Assembly (NCBI RefSeq): GCF_964204645.1
Contig: NC_134025.1
Coordinates: 26,640,299 to 26,704,298 of the forward strand
Origin: Tubulanus polymorphus
Taxonomy: Eukaryota > Animalia > Nemertea
Length of the DNA stretch: 64,000 nucleotides
Direction of reading: 5' to 3'
In this document: positions 12,907-53,184 of the stretch, in pieces
How positions within the stretch are numbered: position 1 is the stretch's first letter
Layout: the number at the start of each line of letters is the position of its first letter
Notes under the pieces: model-generated
What the model saw: the letters and a program-made list of their open reading frames with translations, nothing else
Told to the model about the DNA's origin: nothing
The model's database searches: none
Position numbers and translations under genes: made by a program

Positions 12907-13762
12907 TTTCAAACGTGAAACTCCAGAACTTTAAGCGGAGATATTTTTGTTTTTTGAGTTTTATTTACTTCCTGGTTGGGGGCAGCACCTTACGGTCACC
13001 AGAATTTCTGTGAACAAATGTAATATTGCGGGCCGACAGGGTTCGAATCCGATCGATGTATGATGTGGCTACGTTGGACTGCCACTTAGCAACTTATCAT
13101 CCAAATATTTCGTTCAGTAGGATGAAAAACTGAGAAATATCCATAACAATGAACAAAAACAAACAATACATCGAGAATTAATATTTTTACAATAAATAAT
13201 ATTTATTATCATAATTAAACAAATATTTTAGATTTCAAGTTTTTTGCACACTCACACAAAAATAATATCTGAAAAATGCAGAAACACTAAATTTCACAAG
13301 AATGTCTTGTATAAAAAGAAATTGAATGGACGGATAGTGATATTGTGCAACAAAATAAAGTGATTCAATTCATTTCAACGGAGAGAGCTCAGGGGGTCTA
13401 TTCATGCCAAGTACAGATACAATACGTACTTTTTGATTGACGCTTTCTAAATTGCACAAAAACACATAGCAAAATACTGCTCTAAGTCAATACGGTAAAC
13501 TTGTGAAGACCACCTTCTTAATTTCACATAAAGTAATCCCTTCTTAGAAGCAGGGACATGTTAGCGTGGTAGCATGTATATAAGCAAATAAACACACATC
13601 ATAAAATAAAACCTCTACTAGGCTAAGTTATCACAGATTAACATTGTAGACTGTTTGTCGTTTTTGTAAAGCAAAATTGTCTTCTCTATTGAATTCAAAA
13701 AATCATCTCAAGGAAAATGAAACAAAACAGATTATAGAAATAGAATAAAACTTTAGAATAGT

Positions 13763-41860
<28,098 letters not shown>

Positions 41861-42254
41861 CGTTGAACCTGTTCGATTCGCAAACTTTATTTTATATCTA
41901 AATCGGTACTCTTGTTTATGTCCTACGTTATGTCAACATAATACAGAGGAGCGAGCGATATCGTACGTGCCTACACTACGAGCGCTGTACGAGTTCTGAC
42001 ACAGTTCATTCATTAGAAAGTACGCGAGTCGTCGCGACCTTGCGCACCAAACAAAGTCCTGCGAGGTTAAAAGGTTTTATGCATTTGAGCTGTTATTTCT
42101 TATTAAATGAATAGGCTAATATTTTAAATTTCGTAGTATTTCATAATATGTTTAATTTATCTCAGCAACTTATTACCGTTATTCCAATATATGGGATGTT
42201 ACAGAACTTAGCGCACTGATACACGCACCTGTTACACTCGGTACTGCGCGGGGC

Positions 42255-42268
42255 GCTGCTATGGAAAC
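42255..42268. promoter_or_regulatory. RFX X-box upstream of the dynein heavy chain gene
   Basis: GCTGCTATGGAAAC resembles the X-box consensus GTTGCCATGGCAAC; ~400 bp upstream of the ATG of a ciliary gene. Confidence 0.55.
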
Positions 42269-42643
42269 GTGTACACAATTAACCCCATATTTCGTAACAA
42301 AACGTTTCTGTTACTCCATTGATTTAAATGGATTAGCGCAACACTCTGGGCAGGGGGGTACATTAGAGGTGAGATTAGTCATGGGTCTCTAAAATTTATG
42401 ATCGTTTTTATCAGCTGTAGCTTTGTCAGTGGTGCACAGGGGAAAAGGTTAAAACGCCTACACTCTTGTTTCGAATCCTGCAGCCTCTCTGCACAACTTC
42501 TTGATTCCTTAGTGAGAACATTTTTTTAACCACAGACGAAAGAAATCCTCAGTTGTATAAAACAATTAAAGACAAAGGTAACAACAATGAATAACAAAAT
42601 AATTTCTCTTTCAAAGCATGTATTTAGATTCTGTACAAATAGA

Positions 42644-45600
42644 TTACTGGAAACCATAACTTTCCATGATTTTCTGGTACGGTTCCACCTTCTTTAATAC
42701 ATTTTCTCTAGCTTTATTCTTCAGTACCTGAAGATGAAAAGAAAGAAAACCATTTAATAAATACAAAATGATTATGAAAATGGATTTACCACTTGCAGAA
42801 TGAATCAAAAACCTCAGATAATCATTTCATCATTTTGTGTCAAACAATGTAGGTAATAATATCAATCATCATTGGTTTTCTTGGTCCATTAGGGACATGT
42901 ACATAAATGCTCTCTAACTTGGTACTGTTCCGCTCATTCATGCAAATTCTGATTAGAATTTTACAAGGCTTTACTTGGATAACAGTTCAACTCGGATGTT
43001 TTCTTGAAATATTTTTGTGACACTATATATGAAATACATAACATCCAACTGGGATATCACTCAAATTCAAACACATTTTTCTGGTCCCAAAAGGTCCGAT
43101 TTGAGTTAAGTCTACTGCGGATACTTTCAAGGTTTCCAGTTTTACTTACCGTTTCACGCTTCTTCTGTGTGTAGTATTGTTTAGACTTTAACTTTCTTTT
43201 CTTTTCTAAAGTTGCGATGACAGTCTGGTATTTCCATCCAACCTCATGTGACAGACGCCCAAGGACACAGAACTGTGAAAACATGAAAACAATATCATCA
43301 GCTATCTACATGTGTACTATAGATTATGCATATTATAAGACAATTGAAAGCAAACTCATAATATATAAATTTGAATCATTGACGGCATCGCCTCAAACAA
43401 TGTAGGTAAATATCATAATCATAGATTGCTATGGGATCATTCATTTATTACGCATAAAATTTGATTTTTTTCAAACCCCCTCCCCTCTAAACGCAAAATC
43501 GGCCATTCTTTCATATAAATTAGGCATTACAGTACGCAATTGCGCTGACCCCTTCCCTAATGCATACGTAATAAATGAATGACCCCTAAAATAAACTGAG
43601 AGATCATTTTCGACAATTATATTTTACGAACCTTTCTGCGGGGGTTGAGTCTTAGCACTTTCAAAGCAGACGGAACAACCATCCTTTTTTCTTTGTCGTA
43701 TGGAGGTGGAATTCCTTCAAACACCTTCAATCGGTCCATCGCTTCTTTGCCTCGTGAAAGTTTGTGCGGCAACATACCTATTAAAAGACATCAATATATA
43801 ACAATACATTTTATGTCATACAATCAACTGTCGATTTTTCCTTCATTCCGATAGAATAAGAAAATATGTGTTCAGTTTTTTTTCAGATTCACATCTTATA
43901 TCAGTGGCATTTTGCCTCTTTGTAGGTAAAGGATAAATCATCATTAATGACTGAACAGATATCAAAACTTAATTCAACATCATTATCATTGAAAAAAATA
44001 AGAAAACTGTTTAACATTAGCTGATATTGCATGTTCATCTATATTTCATAGGTTATCACTAAAAACTGGAGGGGATACTAGGTTATCATCACTGATTGAA
44101 CTTTTCTTCTCACAGACTTATTAAGCCAGACTGATTGATCAAATGAAAGAGCATGTGCGTACTAATCTTACCACTTCACCACTTCATAGACAAAGCGGGG
44201 GTAAGAAGTACACATTTAATATGGCACTGACATGAAACAAATGATCTACAGGCACAGATTATCTGTCACTTTAAAGTGCTGGCTAATCCCATGTTCTTTA
44301 GTTGATTAGACCATTTCAATTCCTTAATAATTGTTTCATATCAAATTAGAAGTTCGTCAACCTCAGTTGGTAGTGCATAAAGTAAAATCACTGGTTTTCA
44401 CCTCACATACTTGGTGAAGTTTATCATCATTGGTTGAAACTTCAAAAATGAAATTCATCGATCATTTGATTTTAAGTTAAATGGGTTTTTTTCGGAACAA
44501 AAAAAAAAGAAGAAGTTTACAACCTCAGTTGGTAGTGCATAAAGTAAAATCACTGGTTTTCACCTCACAATACTTGGTGAAATTTATCATCATTGGTTGA
44601 AACTTCAAAAATGAAAATAAATGATTATTTTTATCATTTGACTAAGTTAACGCTTTTTTTCTGGAAAATACATAGTTGTCAACCTCAGTTGGTAGTGCAT
44701 AAAGTAAGATCACAGATTTTCACAATACTTGGTGAAATTATCATCACTGGTTGAAACTTCATTTATATTTCAACTAAATTTAATGATCATTTCTAATTTG
44801 AATTAAGTTTAACAAGGGTGGTTTATGTTTTTCTGGTACAAGTAAATACATGTACTTATAGTTTTACAACCTCAGTTGGTAGTGCATAAAGTAAAATCAC
44901 TGGTTTTCACCTCACAATACTTGGTGAAATTATCATCACTGGTTGAAACTTCAAAAACTAAATTTAATGATCACTTTTAATTTGAATTAAGTTTAAGCGG
45001 GGTGGTTTATGTTGTCCTACAAGTAAATACTTAGTTTTACAACCTCAGTTGGTAGTGCATTAAGTAAAATCACTGGTTTTCACCTCACAATACTTGGTGA
45101 AATTTATCATCACTGGTTGAAGACTAAGGCATTTTAATCTCTAGAAGTAGTCAAGGAATTGATATTTTCAATCTCAGTTGGTAGTGCATAAAATACAAAA
45201 TCACTGGTTTACACCTCAAAATTAATTGGAGAAGGTATCATCACTGGTTGAAGATTACAAAACCTTAAACTTAATCTTATCATTTAATGTTGGTCGACAT
45301 CAACCTCAGCACGTGTTGCACGACTACATTTTATGGGATTTTAGTTTGTGAATGTCTCATTCTAACGATCAGGAACAAGATTTGTGCAAGTGGCAAAGAA
45401 CATATTCATAACCCAGGATTAACCCAATATCAATGACCAGGTTCAATGGTAAGTGTACAATTCTAGTTTTCTAGGATTGTCAGGACTAGTACCTCAGGAA
45501 GTAATCAAGCCAATACAAGTGTGTAACTAACCTCTAACAGTTCTCCAGAAAATTTTGCTGGGGGCTCGGAAATGGTATGGACCATGAGCTGGGTTTACAT

Positions 45601-46519
45601 TGCATCTTTTACGCAGAAATTCAAGATATTTCACTGAAATCAAAATAAAAGAAATCTATCTCTATTTTCTGCCGGGAATGTACAAATACATAATTTCAGC
45701 CAATAACACAAAATATAGTTACATTTATTTCTGTAGAAGCTGCCAGAGATGTTGATACCTTCACATCTCACAACAACAATCCTTTGTCCTGCAATTTAAT
45801 TGAAAAAGATATAAGCTTTCAAATAACTTAGAATATTCTTGTGGTGTTTCACAGATAAAAACTTTATTGTAGTTTCTTCATACCTTGAAGGATTGACTTA
45901 GCAACAATTGCTGCCAAGCGGCCAAGTAAATGACCTCTTGCATCTATGACCAAGGGCTGCAAAACAAAAAAAAGAAAAACAGACTATTATCTTGTCGTTG
46001 ATAATCCATGGCAAATATTCATAATGAAGTGAAGGGCCACTTCAATAAGCTTTTTTTCCCCCTATAATGAGCCTTATATAGGCCAATGGTTGGGAAGTTA
46101 ACCTCCACGACCACGGCTCCAGAAGAGAAAGCAATGTCCAATGATTTGTTGTCACTCAACATACACGGCCACAGGGCCAGATAAATAGAATAGCAGCTAT
46201 ATGCAGGTCTTTTTTAACATAATACCAAACAAAAGTACCCAAGAAGCTGCACTTAATAAATTACACAGTTTTCACCAAAATTTCACGTGTGTGTATAAAT
46301 TCAGTTTATTGACATGATGCACTTCCGGTTTGGAAATCCGAGTTAAAATAATATGATAATTCATTTTCTCAACATAAAATCAATTATCGACACTGTGATC
46401 CGAAAACGTTGGAACATTATCTGAATGATAGGCTAGATTTGAGAAGAATATTCAGTTAAACCTGCGTTTAAATGGCAATTAAGCGAAATTCAGTCACGCA
46501 CCTTGTTACTAAAACCCAT
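42644..46519 (-). CDS. RPL13A: 60S ribosomal protein L13a (uL13)
   Basis: [26 protein letters not shown]; [12 protein letters not shown]; [27 protein letters not shown]; [10 protein letters not shown]; [12 protein letters not shown]; stop TAA at 42644-42646. Confidence 0.97.
42808..42879 (-). ncRNA. SNORD34: C/D box snoRNA, SNORD34 (U34)-like
   Basis: AAACC-AATGATGA...TTACCTACATTGT-TTGA...ATGATGA...CTGA-GGTTT; guide TACCTACATTGTT matches the U34 guide as I recall it (28S AACAAUGUAGGUA); RPL13A is the vertebrate host gene. Confidence 0.85.
43351..43428 (-). ncRNA. Second SNORD34-like snoRNA copy with degenerate boxes
   Basis: Intact guide TTTACCTACATTGT-TTGA; C box ATGATTA and D box ATGA deviate from consensus; sits in the next RPL13A intron. 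Confidence 0.6.
43433..43586. mobile_element. PIF/Harbinger-like MITE in RPL13A intron
   Basis: TIRs GGGATCATTCATTTATTACG / CGTAATAAATGAATGACCCC (19/20); flanks TAT/TAA resemble a decayed 3-bp TWA target duplication. Confidence 0.75.
43883..43950 (-). ncRNA. C/D box snoRNA candidate, diverged U34 relative
   Basis: AATGATGA...TTTACCTACA(AAG)...CTGA; only 9-10 nt of the U34 guide are retained. Confidence 0.4.
44012..44099 (-). pseudogene. Decayed SNORD33-like copy
   Basis: 5' end TCAATCAGTGATGATA retained; 3' end ATGCAATATCAGCTAATGTT is 15/20 identical to ATGCACTACCAACTGAGGTT but guide and D box (CTAA) are mutated. Confidence 0.5.
44151..44281 (-). ncRNA. H/ACA box snoRNA candidate
   Basis: Hairpin (GCAC..TGACA/TGTCA GTGC) - ATATTA (ANANNA) - hairpin (GTGTACT,TCTTACC/GGTAAGA,AGTACGC) - ACA + 3 nt; ~130 nt. 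Target not identified. Confidence 0.55.
44357..45251 (-). ncRNA. SNORD33: Tandem array of six SNORD33 (U33/snR55)-like C/D box snoRNAs
   Basis: Copies at 44357-44437, 44520-44599, 44679-44754, 44867-44945, 45040-45119, 45168-45251. Each: terminal stem CAACC/G(G/A)TTG, C box RTGATGA, C' GTGAT, guide ATGCACTACCA, D box CTGA. Guide pairs with 18S UGGUGGUGCAU; D+5 falls on U as for U33. Confidence 0.9.
45285..45415 (-). ncRNA. Possible H/ACA snoRNA or scaRNA
   Basis: Hairpin (TGAAT..TGTTCT/AGAATG..ATTCA) - ATAAAA - hairpin (GTCG,CAAC/GTTG,CGAC, loop containing TGAG) - ACA; pocket-to-ACA spacing is atypical. Confidence 0.3.
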
Positions 46520-46525
46520 TTTAGC

Positions 46526-46538
46526 GGAAGAGAGAAAA
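46526..46538 (-). promoter_or_regulatory. TCT initiator / 5'TOP pyrimidine tract of RPL13A
   Basis: TTTTCTCTCTTCC directly upstream of the ATG, typical of ribosomal protein genes. Confidence 0.75.
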
Positions 46539-46582
46539 TTAGGGGCTTACACGTGAAAATCAAAGAGTTCCAGTGAGCTTGA

Positions 46583-46600
46583 TGGCCGCTAGATGGCGGT
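46583..46600 (+). promoter_or_regulatory. CTCF-like motif between divergent RPL13A and TIMM13
   Basis: TGGCCGCTAGATGGCGGT closely matches the CTCF core TGGCCASYAGRKGGCRS. Confidence 0.55.
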
Positions 46601-47155
46601 AAAAACTACAATCTTTCAAAATAACGTGATCTTTAGCAAATATTACATTATCAACTGTCAGCTTTTCTGAGAATATAATTCACGGAAAGTTGAATGAGAT
46701 TTCAATTATGAGGATAAATAAGGCTTGAATTGAATTTGTTAGCCTAGATGTCCCCACCTTCCGGTGAAGATTCAATCACGCGTAACAGCGGTGCACCGGT
46801 CAGTTTCTAGACGTTTTGTCCTTTGAATTATTAAAGAATTTCGACGACAGCTCGCTGGTAACATGCAAAGACATTTTCGGATTGTTTCTTTTTTTGTTTC
46901 CTCAGTTAGTTTTATATTACCGGTGTGAAGAGAATAAAAAGTATGCCTATTTTAAATTTAAATTAAATTTATTACCTTCACACCAGCCAGCCATGTCGAC
47001 ATAATAGTGTGGTACAACATGTGTATATAATATTACCTATTATTCATTACCTATGTAGTAAAAAAAGCCGATTGCAAAATTCTTCTTTGGAGGAATTTTC
47101 ATTTTGAACATCGATTTTAGGATTATTATTTTGAATCTTTTCAGGTGAATTGAAG

Positions 47156-47455
47156 ATGAGTTTTTCAAGTCCTTTGGGTGGTGCTGGCGGTGGCGGCTCG
47201 GGCCAAATCGATGCTGCACAATTAAAAGAGCAGGTTAAAGCACAGATAGCGGTTGCAAATGCCCAAGAACTTCTTCAGAAAATGACGGACAAGTGCTTTA
47301 AAAAATGCATCACGAAACCCGGTAGTTCTATTGACAATTCAGAACAGAAATGTATAGCTATGTGTATGGATCGTTACATGGATGCGTGGAATTTAGTTTC
47401 TAAAACCTATAGTAGCAGACTTCAAAGAGAACATGGAATGGGAAATCTTAGTTAA
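47156..47455 (+). CDS. TIMM13: Mitochondrial small TIM chaperone Tim13
   Basis: [54 protein letters not shown]; twin CX3C motif; single coding exon. Confidence 0.97.
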   Translation: MSFSSPLGGAGGGGSGQIDAAQLKEQVKAQIAVANAQELLQKMTDKCFKKCITKPGSSIDNSEQKCIAMCMDRYMDAWNLVSKTYSSRLQREHGMGNLS

Positions 47456-48524
47456 CAAACTGTCCTCTTAGATATTAGATTTTAGCCTATAGCGTGTTCT
47501 TTGATAAATTGTAGATACTTGCTGAACTATTTTAACTGCCAGTCTTCATCTGACACCATACCATTCGTAATTTGAATGGATTTCTATAAATTTAGCAGGA
47601 TGTTAACTAAAATTCAAGGATGAAAAATCCATTTTCAGTTGCCGTGTAAATTTCACAAATGAGTTTAAAATAAAGAACAAACATTTACTGAACATTGTTT
47701 CAATATTTCTTGTGGCGGTGAGATTCTCTGGGAAATATCACCATGTCGTATGCTTTGGATACAGTCAGTCTAGTTTCAAGTCTTTACTCGACACACGATT
47801 TTGAAATTCCAACCATTAGTAGTCAAACCTGTTTGGATTTTGGTGTAATCCAGACTATATTTGCAGTCCATTTGTATCATTAATATACAAGAAAATGACG
47901 TCGGTCCTGATTTCCCACAAGCCAGATGAATTTTGTTTGTCCCAAAATGTTCCAAATTTCAGTGGATTCTAATTCTTGTACAAAAAAAAAAAAAATGTAA
48001 ATCCATACAATACTTGTATTTCAACATTTATTCTATTATAGTCTGGCACACAAATATGTACAAGCAAAGAGAATGCAATTCAAGCAGCACAAGTGCTCGT
48101 ACCATGATCGTGAAAATAATATACAAATTTTCATTACTCTTACAAAATAGGATCTTAATGATTTATCTGGCTTCAAATGTCAAAAGGTTAACTACAGCAT
48201 GGGTTTTTTATTTACAAAACTATGTACACAAAATAGCCTAGCTCGGATACATGTCACTGAAAATAATATCACAGATCTTTACAGATAACATTAAGCCATT
48301 ATCAGAAACTTTTCGAAGTGGAACAAAAATTTCATAGTCATTCAAAGTCTATGAATTTTTGGTGGAACTAAAGTGATGTTTTGAATTGATTAGTCCAGTG
48401 TATAATACATTTGTAATAGGTCCATAAGTTTCTGAAATTGTTCCACCAAAGCGAAAGATCCTACAAAATGAGAATACAATCAGAGGTTATGTACAAATTG
48501 CTTCATATTGAAATTTTCATAGCT

Positions 48525-49684
48525 CTATGCTTTCTCTGTATCTTCTATATCATTCTTCAATTTGTAGTCATTCAAAGCAGCTCTGATGGCATCTTCAGCC
48601 AGCACTGAAATAAATAAAATATGAGAATGAATCTTAACATTCAACATACAAAAACAGTAAAATACATGACTACATTTACTTACTTGAACAATGCAGTTTC
48701 ACTGGTGGTAAACATAATTCTTTAGCAATATCCGAGTTTTTAACCCTTCCTGCATCATCCAGCTACAAAAAAAAATGCTTTTCATATTTACTACAATATC
48801 ACCTAGTTGTCATAGAAGTCTATGAAAAACATGCTGGATTCAGTTTATAAAGTTGTAGGTTTAAATCAGGCCTAACAGTATTATCTGAACTGGGATAATA
48901 TCTGCAATTTACACATACCGATTTTCCCTTCACCCATTCTGTAGCCAATGAACTGGAAGCAATGGCAGATCCACAGCCGAAAGTTTTGAACTTAGCATCC
49001 ACAATCTTACCATTATCATCAACTTCAATCTGAATAAAACAATTAGATAGTAGATCAATTCATATATGGAAATTAGTTTCATAAAGAAGGTGGCAAGAAC
49101 AGCTTATTTTAGAACGCAAGGACAAATCAGCAAAATGTGAATAAACCTACCGTCACCTATAGACTATAAGCCATGTTCAATCATGATTACTTACTTGCAA
49201 CTTCATAACATCCCCACACGCAGGAGCACCAACAAGTCCAGTTCCAACCTTCTTACTCTTTTTATCAAGAGAACCTACATTTCTCGGGTTTTCATAATGG
49301 TCAATTACCTGGAAAAACAGAGATTCAGATTGCGTACCACGACTGACTCACACACGCTACAACAGTCCATTACTCCTGAACAGACAGGGATTTCTGTAAT
49401 GAAGTTGACCCATCTTTCAATGTAGAAAAACCGATCATACTCGCAAAGATAGGAACATTTCTTTTTTAATGGCCTGTTACTGTTACGTAACGTTATATAT
49501 CTGCGTAGTTAGTTTACGAACGAAGGTCAACTGAACTGCTAAAAAGGAGCAACACGTGAATTTATGAAAAAATAGCGTAAAAAAACAATCAGATATTCAC
49601 ATTTTTATGATAATTCGCTACGGATGCACTGGTCCTAGCTTCAATATTTCTGATTCCGTGGCTGACTGCTCGAAACAATGCCAT
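48525..49684 (-). CDS. ISCU: Iron-sulfur cluster scaffold protein
   Basis: YHKN/VIDHYENPRNVGS; GLVGAPACGDVMKLQ; DAKFKTFGCGSAIASSS; ELCLPPVKLHCS/MLAEDAIRAAL. Confidence 0.96.
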
Positions 49685-50092
49685 TTTCCTGCTTTAGTCT
49701 AGAAGATTTAGAAATAAAATCTTGTTACGAAAAATAACCGAACAACACTTTTATAGTAAATATACACTGCTCACTTCCGGGCGTATTGATTTTGATTGAT
49801 AATAGTCTATTTCAATTGAAAATATCAAGCAATATGATTTTTGAAGCAACATGAAGAGAATTTTTTAGCTTTGCCTTACAAATTTTGACAATTTATCTTC
49901 AAATAACTGAAAAATGTGGTAATTTCAAATATGGAACTATTTTTTGTTAAAACCTAAATTCAGGATTTGGACTTTACTTTGGCGCTGATGATATATGCTG
50001 GTCACTGTGTTGTTATGCTCTACGATTTGCCGCTGTTGATGTGAGAGGTGTCAAACTAATTATTACTCTCAAGTCGTATCCATTTGCCCTGA

Positions 50093-52232
50093 ATGGCCGA
50101 CGAAAAGATTAAAATTAATGTGAAACATGGAAAGGCTGACCCAATAGTTGTCAATGTGAACAGTTCTTCAAGCTTGCTTGAATTGAAAACAGCTCTGTTT
50201 GATAATTTGCAACAGGCCACGCCTGATGGTTGTAAAGTCAAATGGTCTGCTAACGATCAGCTCCAAGACATAAAATTGATATTTGCTGGCCGAGAATTGA
50301 TAGATGATTCCGCTCCATTGAAGGTAATGCAGCTTCAATGCGTTGTCATTTTCAAATTCTTTAACGCCTGTCGCTGTACATCTATATTCGCTTTTCAGGA
50401 TTTTGATATTTGCGAAAATACTGTTATCCATGTTGTTTTGTCAGATAAAAGAAACAGAAGTAGGAAGGTATCTGATGAACATCACCATAGATTGAATGCT
50501 GGTTAGTTTCATATTGATGTCAAAACATTATAGTGATAATCTATTATTCTCATGTGATATTGAAAACATTTTCTTTTTATTATTAGTTGGTGAGGAGAAT
50601 GAGTATTTTTACATATACTGTAAAAGTCCTTGTGGGACAGTCAAGTCAGGGAAATTAAGAGTCAGATGCTGCTCATGCAAAGAAGGTGCTTTTACATTAA
50701 ACAAGGTACCATTGAGATGTTCGAGTTAAAAGCTATTGATTTGATTCTCAATTCTGATGAAAAATTAAAGTATTGTGCTTTTACCTGTAAATTAGGATCC
50801 AAGTTGTTGGCAAGATGTTCTGGTGAAAAAACAAATAAGTGGCAAATGTGAAGATACAAATTGTAATGGACAATTTGCAGTAGGTGAAATTGTGACTAGT
50901 GACTGAGTAGTAACTTAAGCCTTTTTCAACCATGCTCATTTTCCCAATTGATTTTGTTTTGCAGGAATTTTATTTCAAGTGCCATGGGCATACGTCACTA
51001 GGAGAAAATGACACTGTTGTTGCATTACATCTCATTCGACCAAACTCAATGGGCGTTTCTTGTATCACCTGTCTAGATATTCCGTAAGTAGAAGATTGAA
51101 GGTTTTTACTTTTGAATGTATATTGTAGGTACGTGCTTTAGGATTTTGAAACTATTTTCAGAGATTTAGTGCTTGTATTTCGTTGTAATGCTGGTCACAG
51201 TATATGTCTAGAATGTTTTCGGCTTTACTGTCTATCGAAATTAAATGAAAGAGGCTTCATTCAGCATGAAACTATTGGTTATACCCTGCGTTGTCCAGGT
51301 AAGATTGTAGCTGAATCACTTAACATGCATCACTCATTTTATTTACTAGTTTAGTGTGCTTTTGTTAACTGTTAGTTCAAATTTACTTACACAGCAGGTT
51401 GTGATGATTCTTTTATTGAGGAGATTCACCACTTTAGGATATTAGGAAATGAGCAAGTAGGTTGAAAATAGGTAAATTCTTTTAGTAGCCTATACATTAA
51501 ATTGTATGAATACAGTTTTGGCTGCGTAAATTGTAGTATGACCGATACCAAAGTTTTGGCGCTGAAGAACTTACCTTAAAACATGGAGGTATTGTCTGCC
51601 CAAAACCTCGCTGCTGTGCTGCTTTTCATCCAGGTCATGATCAAAGAAGAGTTGAATGTATGAAATCACATTTGCAAGGCTGTGGGGTAAGACCATTAAA
51701 TGATAACATTGTATTTTCATTTCTCATTTCAGTTCTGGTAATCGAATAATTTGATGAATTTTGTAGTTTGTTTTCTGTCGATTCTGTTTTAATGAATATC
51801 ATGATGGGCATTGCGATGAATTGCTAACAAATACGCCTTCAGCAAGTGGATTAGTAGGTATCATTTGTAGATAAATCGATATCTAATTTTGACCGTTCAA
51901 AAACATTTCACTTTCATTCCTTTTCTCAGAGCAAAATATTCACTGCTGAACAAGCTGAGAAAGCAAGTTGGGAAAAGGCGAGTAAGGCGCTGATTAGATT
52001 AACTACAAAACCGTGTCCTACTTGTAAAGTGAAAACTGAACATGGTGGTATGTTCCGCTATAGTCATTTGAATGAAATGATATTCTACGTATTATTAACT
52101 TGTTGTAACATCCATTTGATGCTTACAGGTGGGTGTATGCACATGATGTGCGCTCAATGTAAATCAGAGTGGTGCTGGTTGTGTAATATTCCTTGGAACA
52201 GAGATTGTCAAGGCAAACATTGGTTTGGATGA
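50093..52232 (+). CDS. PRKN: RBR E3 ubiquitin ligase parkin
   Basis: Ubl (LIFAGREL), RING0 (FYIYCK..C...GKLRVRC..C; EFYFKC), RING1 (H.ICLECF..YC; IHHFRILG), IBR, REP (WEKASK.LI..TTKPC), RING2 GGCMHM.C...EWCWLC; ends HWFG*. Confidence 0.95.
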
Positions 52233-52731
52233 TCAAATTCAGACTCCCTATCATTGAGAAGAACAGTGAAAACATACTTTCGAATTACTGGTGCTTCTAT
52301 TTAATCGGTGTGTAATTGTAATATACAGCTATATGTAAACAACTCACTCCAATGATCTGTTAAATTTGTGCCATAAAAGCATCTAATTCATGTAGGCCTA
52401 TTACTGAATTCCTAATATCATGATATATCAAAATAAGATTATGCAACAGTAGTATACGTAGGAATTGATCTCGACCTACATGTAAGTTTGATACCGAATT
52501 TTTAAGTTCTGGTACATTCATCAAGACAAAGCTAAGAGTGAAGTCTATTTAGAAATGTCTCCTGTTAAATATTTTCTGTTCAATGAATATAGATTTATTA
52601 AGTTATTCAAGTTCTTCAAATATTTTTTCTACCTGAGAGTTTCGGACCTCGGCGGTTATTTTTCCTGCAATTCTTAATCCACGCAGCAAGCGCAATTATT
52701 GAGAATACATAAATCGTTTCAATTTCAAGTT

Positions 52732-53184
52732 TTAAACAGCCATCCACTTGAATTGAACTGGTACTTTCCCATCAGAAAAACAACTGATTTTCGGACTTGC
52801 TGGATATTGTGGCCAGCGTAGAGTGATAATGTTGGTGCCGATTTTGCATCCCGTAAAAACCATGTCTACAGGTCGACGGCACTGATCTCTTCCATGGGGG
52901 CCACACGCCAGAACTTTACAGCAAATGACGGTTGGGCTTGTGATCATATATCTAATATACCCCCTTCGACTTCTACGAGCGTATTTGTCGCGGCATATTG
53001 GCCCGTACTGTTTGACCGGAGCTTTACATGTCATCTGCAAAACAGGAAAATAAATTCCAACGCATATTGTGCATATGTTTCTTTTTTGTGAATTAGTTAG
53101 TTATTGAAACAGTCATATTACCTGCGATGAAGAATAGGAAAGACATCCCAGTAAGATTAGCAAACCTAAAATTGTCATCTGCAT
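52732..53184 (-). CDS. Small secreted 8-cysteine cationic protein, paralog A
   Basis: Exon 1 53122-53184 encodes signal peptide MQMTILGLLILLGCLSYSSSQ; phase-0 GT-AG intron; exon 2 52732-53034 (MTCKAPVKQYGPIC...TVICCKVLACG...WPQYPASPKISC...PVQFKWMAV). Confidence 0.8.

Noticed and set aside
13039-13050. GGTTCGAATCC B-box
   Set aside because: No A-box or cloverleaf; at most a tRNA/SINE remnant.
42414-42490. tRNA- or vault-like segment (GCTGTAG...TTCGAATCCTGCAGC)
   Set aside because: T and anticodon arms do not pair and there is no adjacent terminator.
46020-46210. Hairpins in RPL13A intron 1 as a further snoRNA
   Set aside because: Could not place H and ACA, or C and D, boxes consistently.
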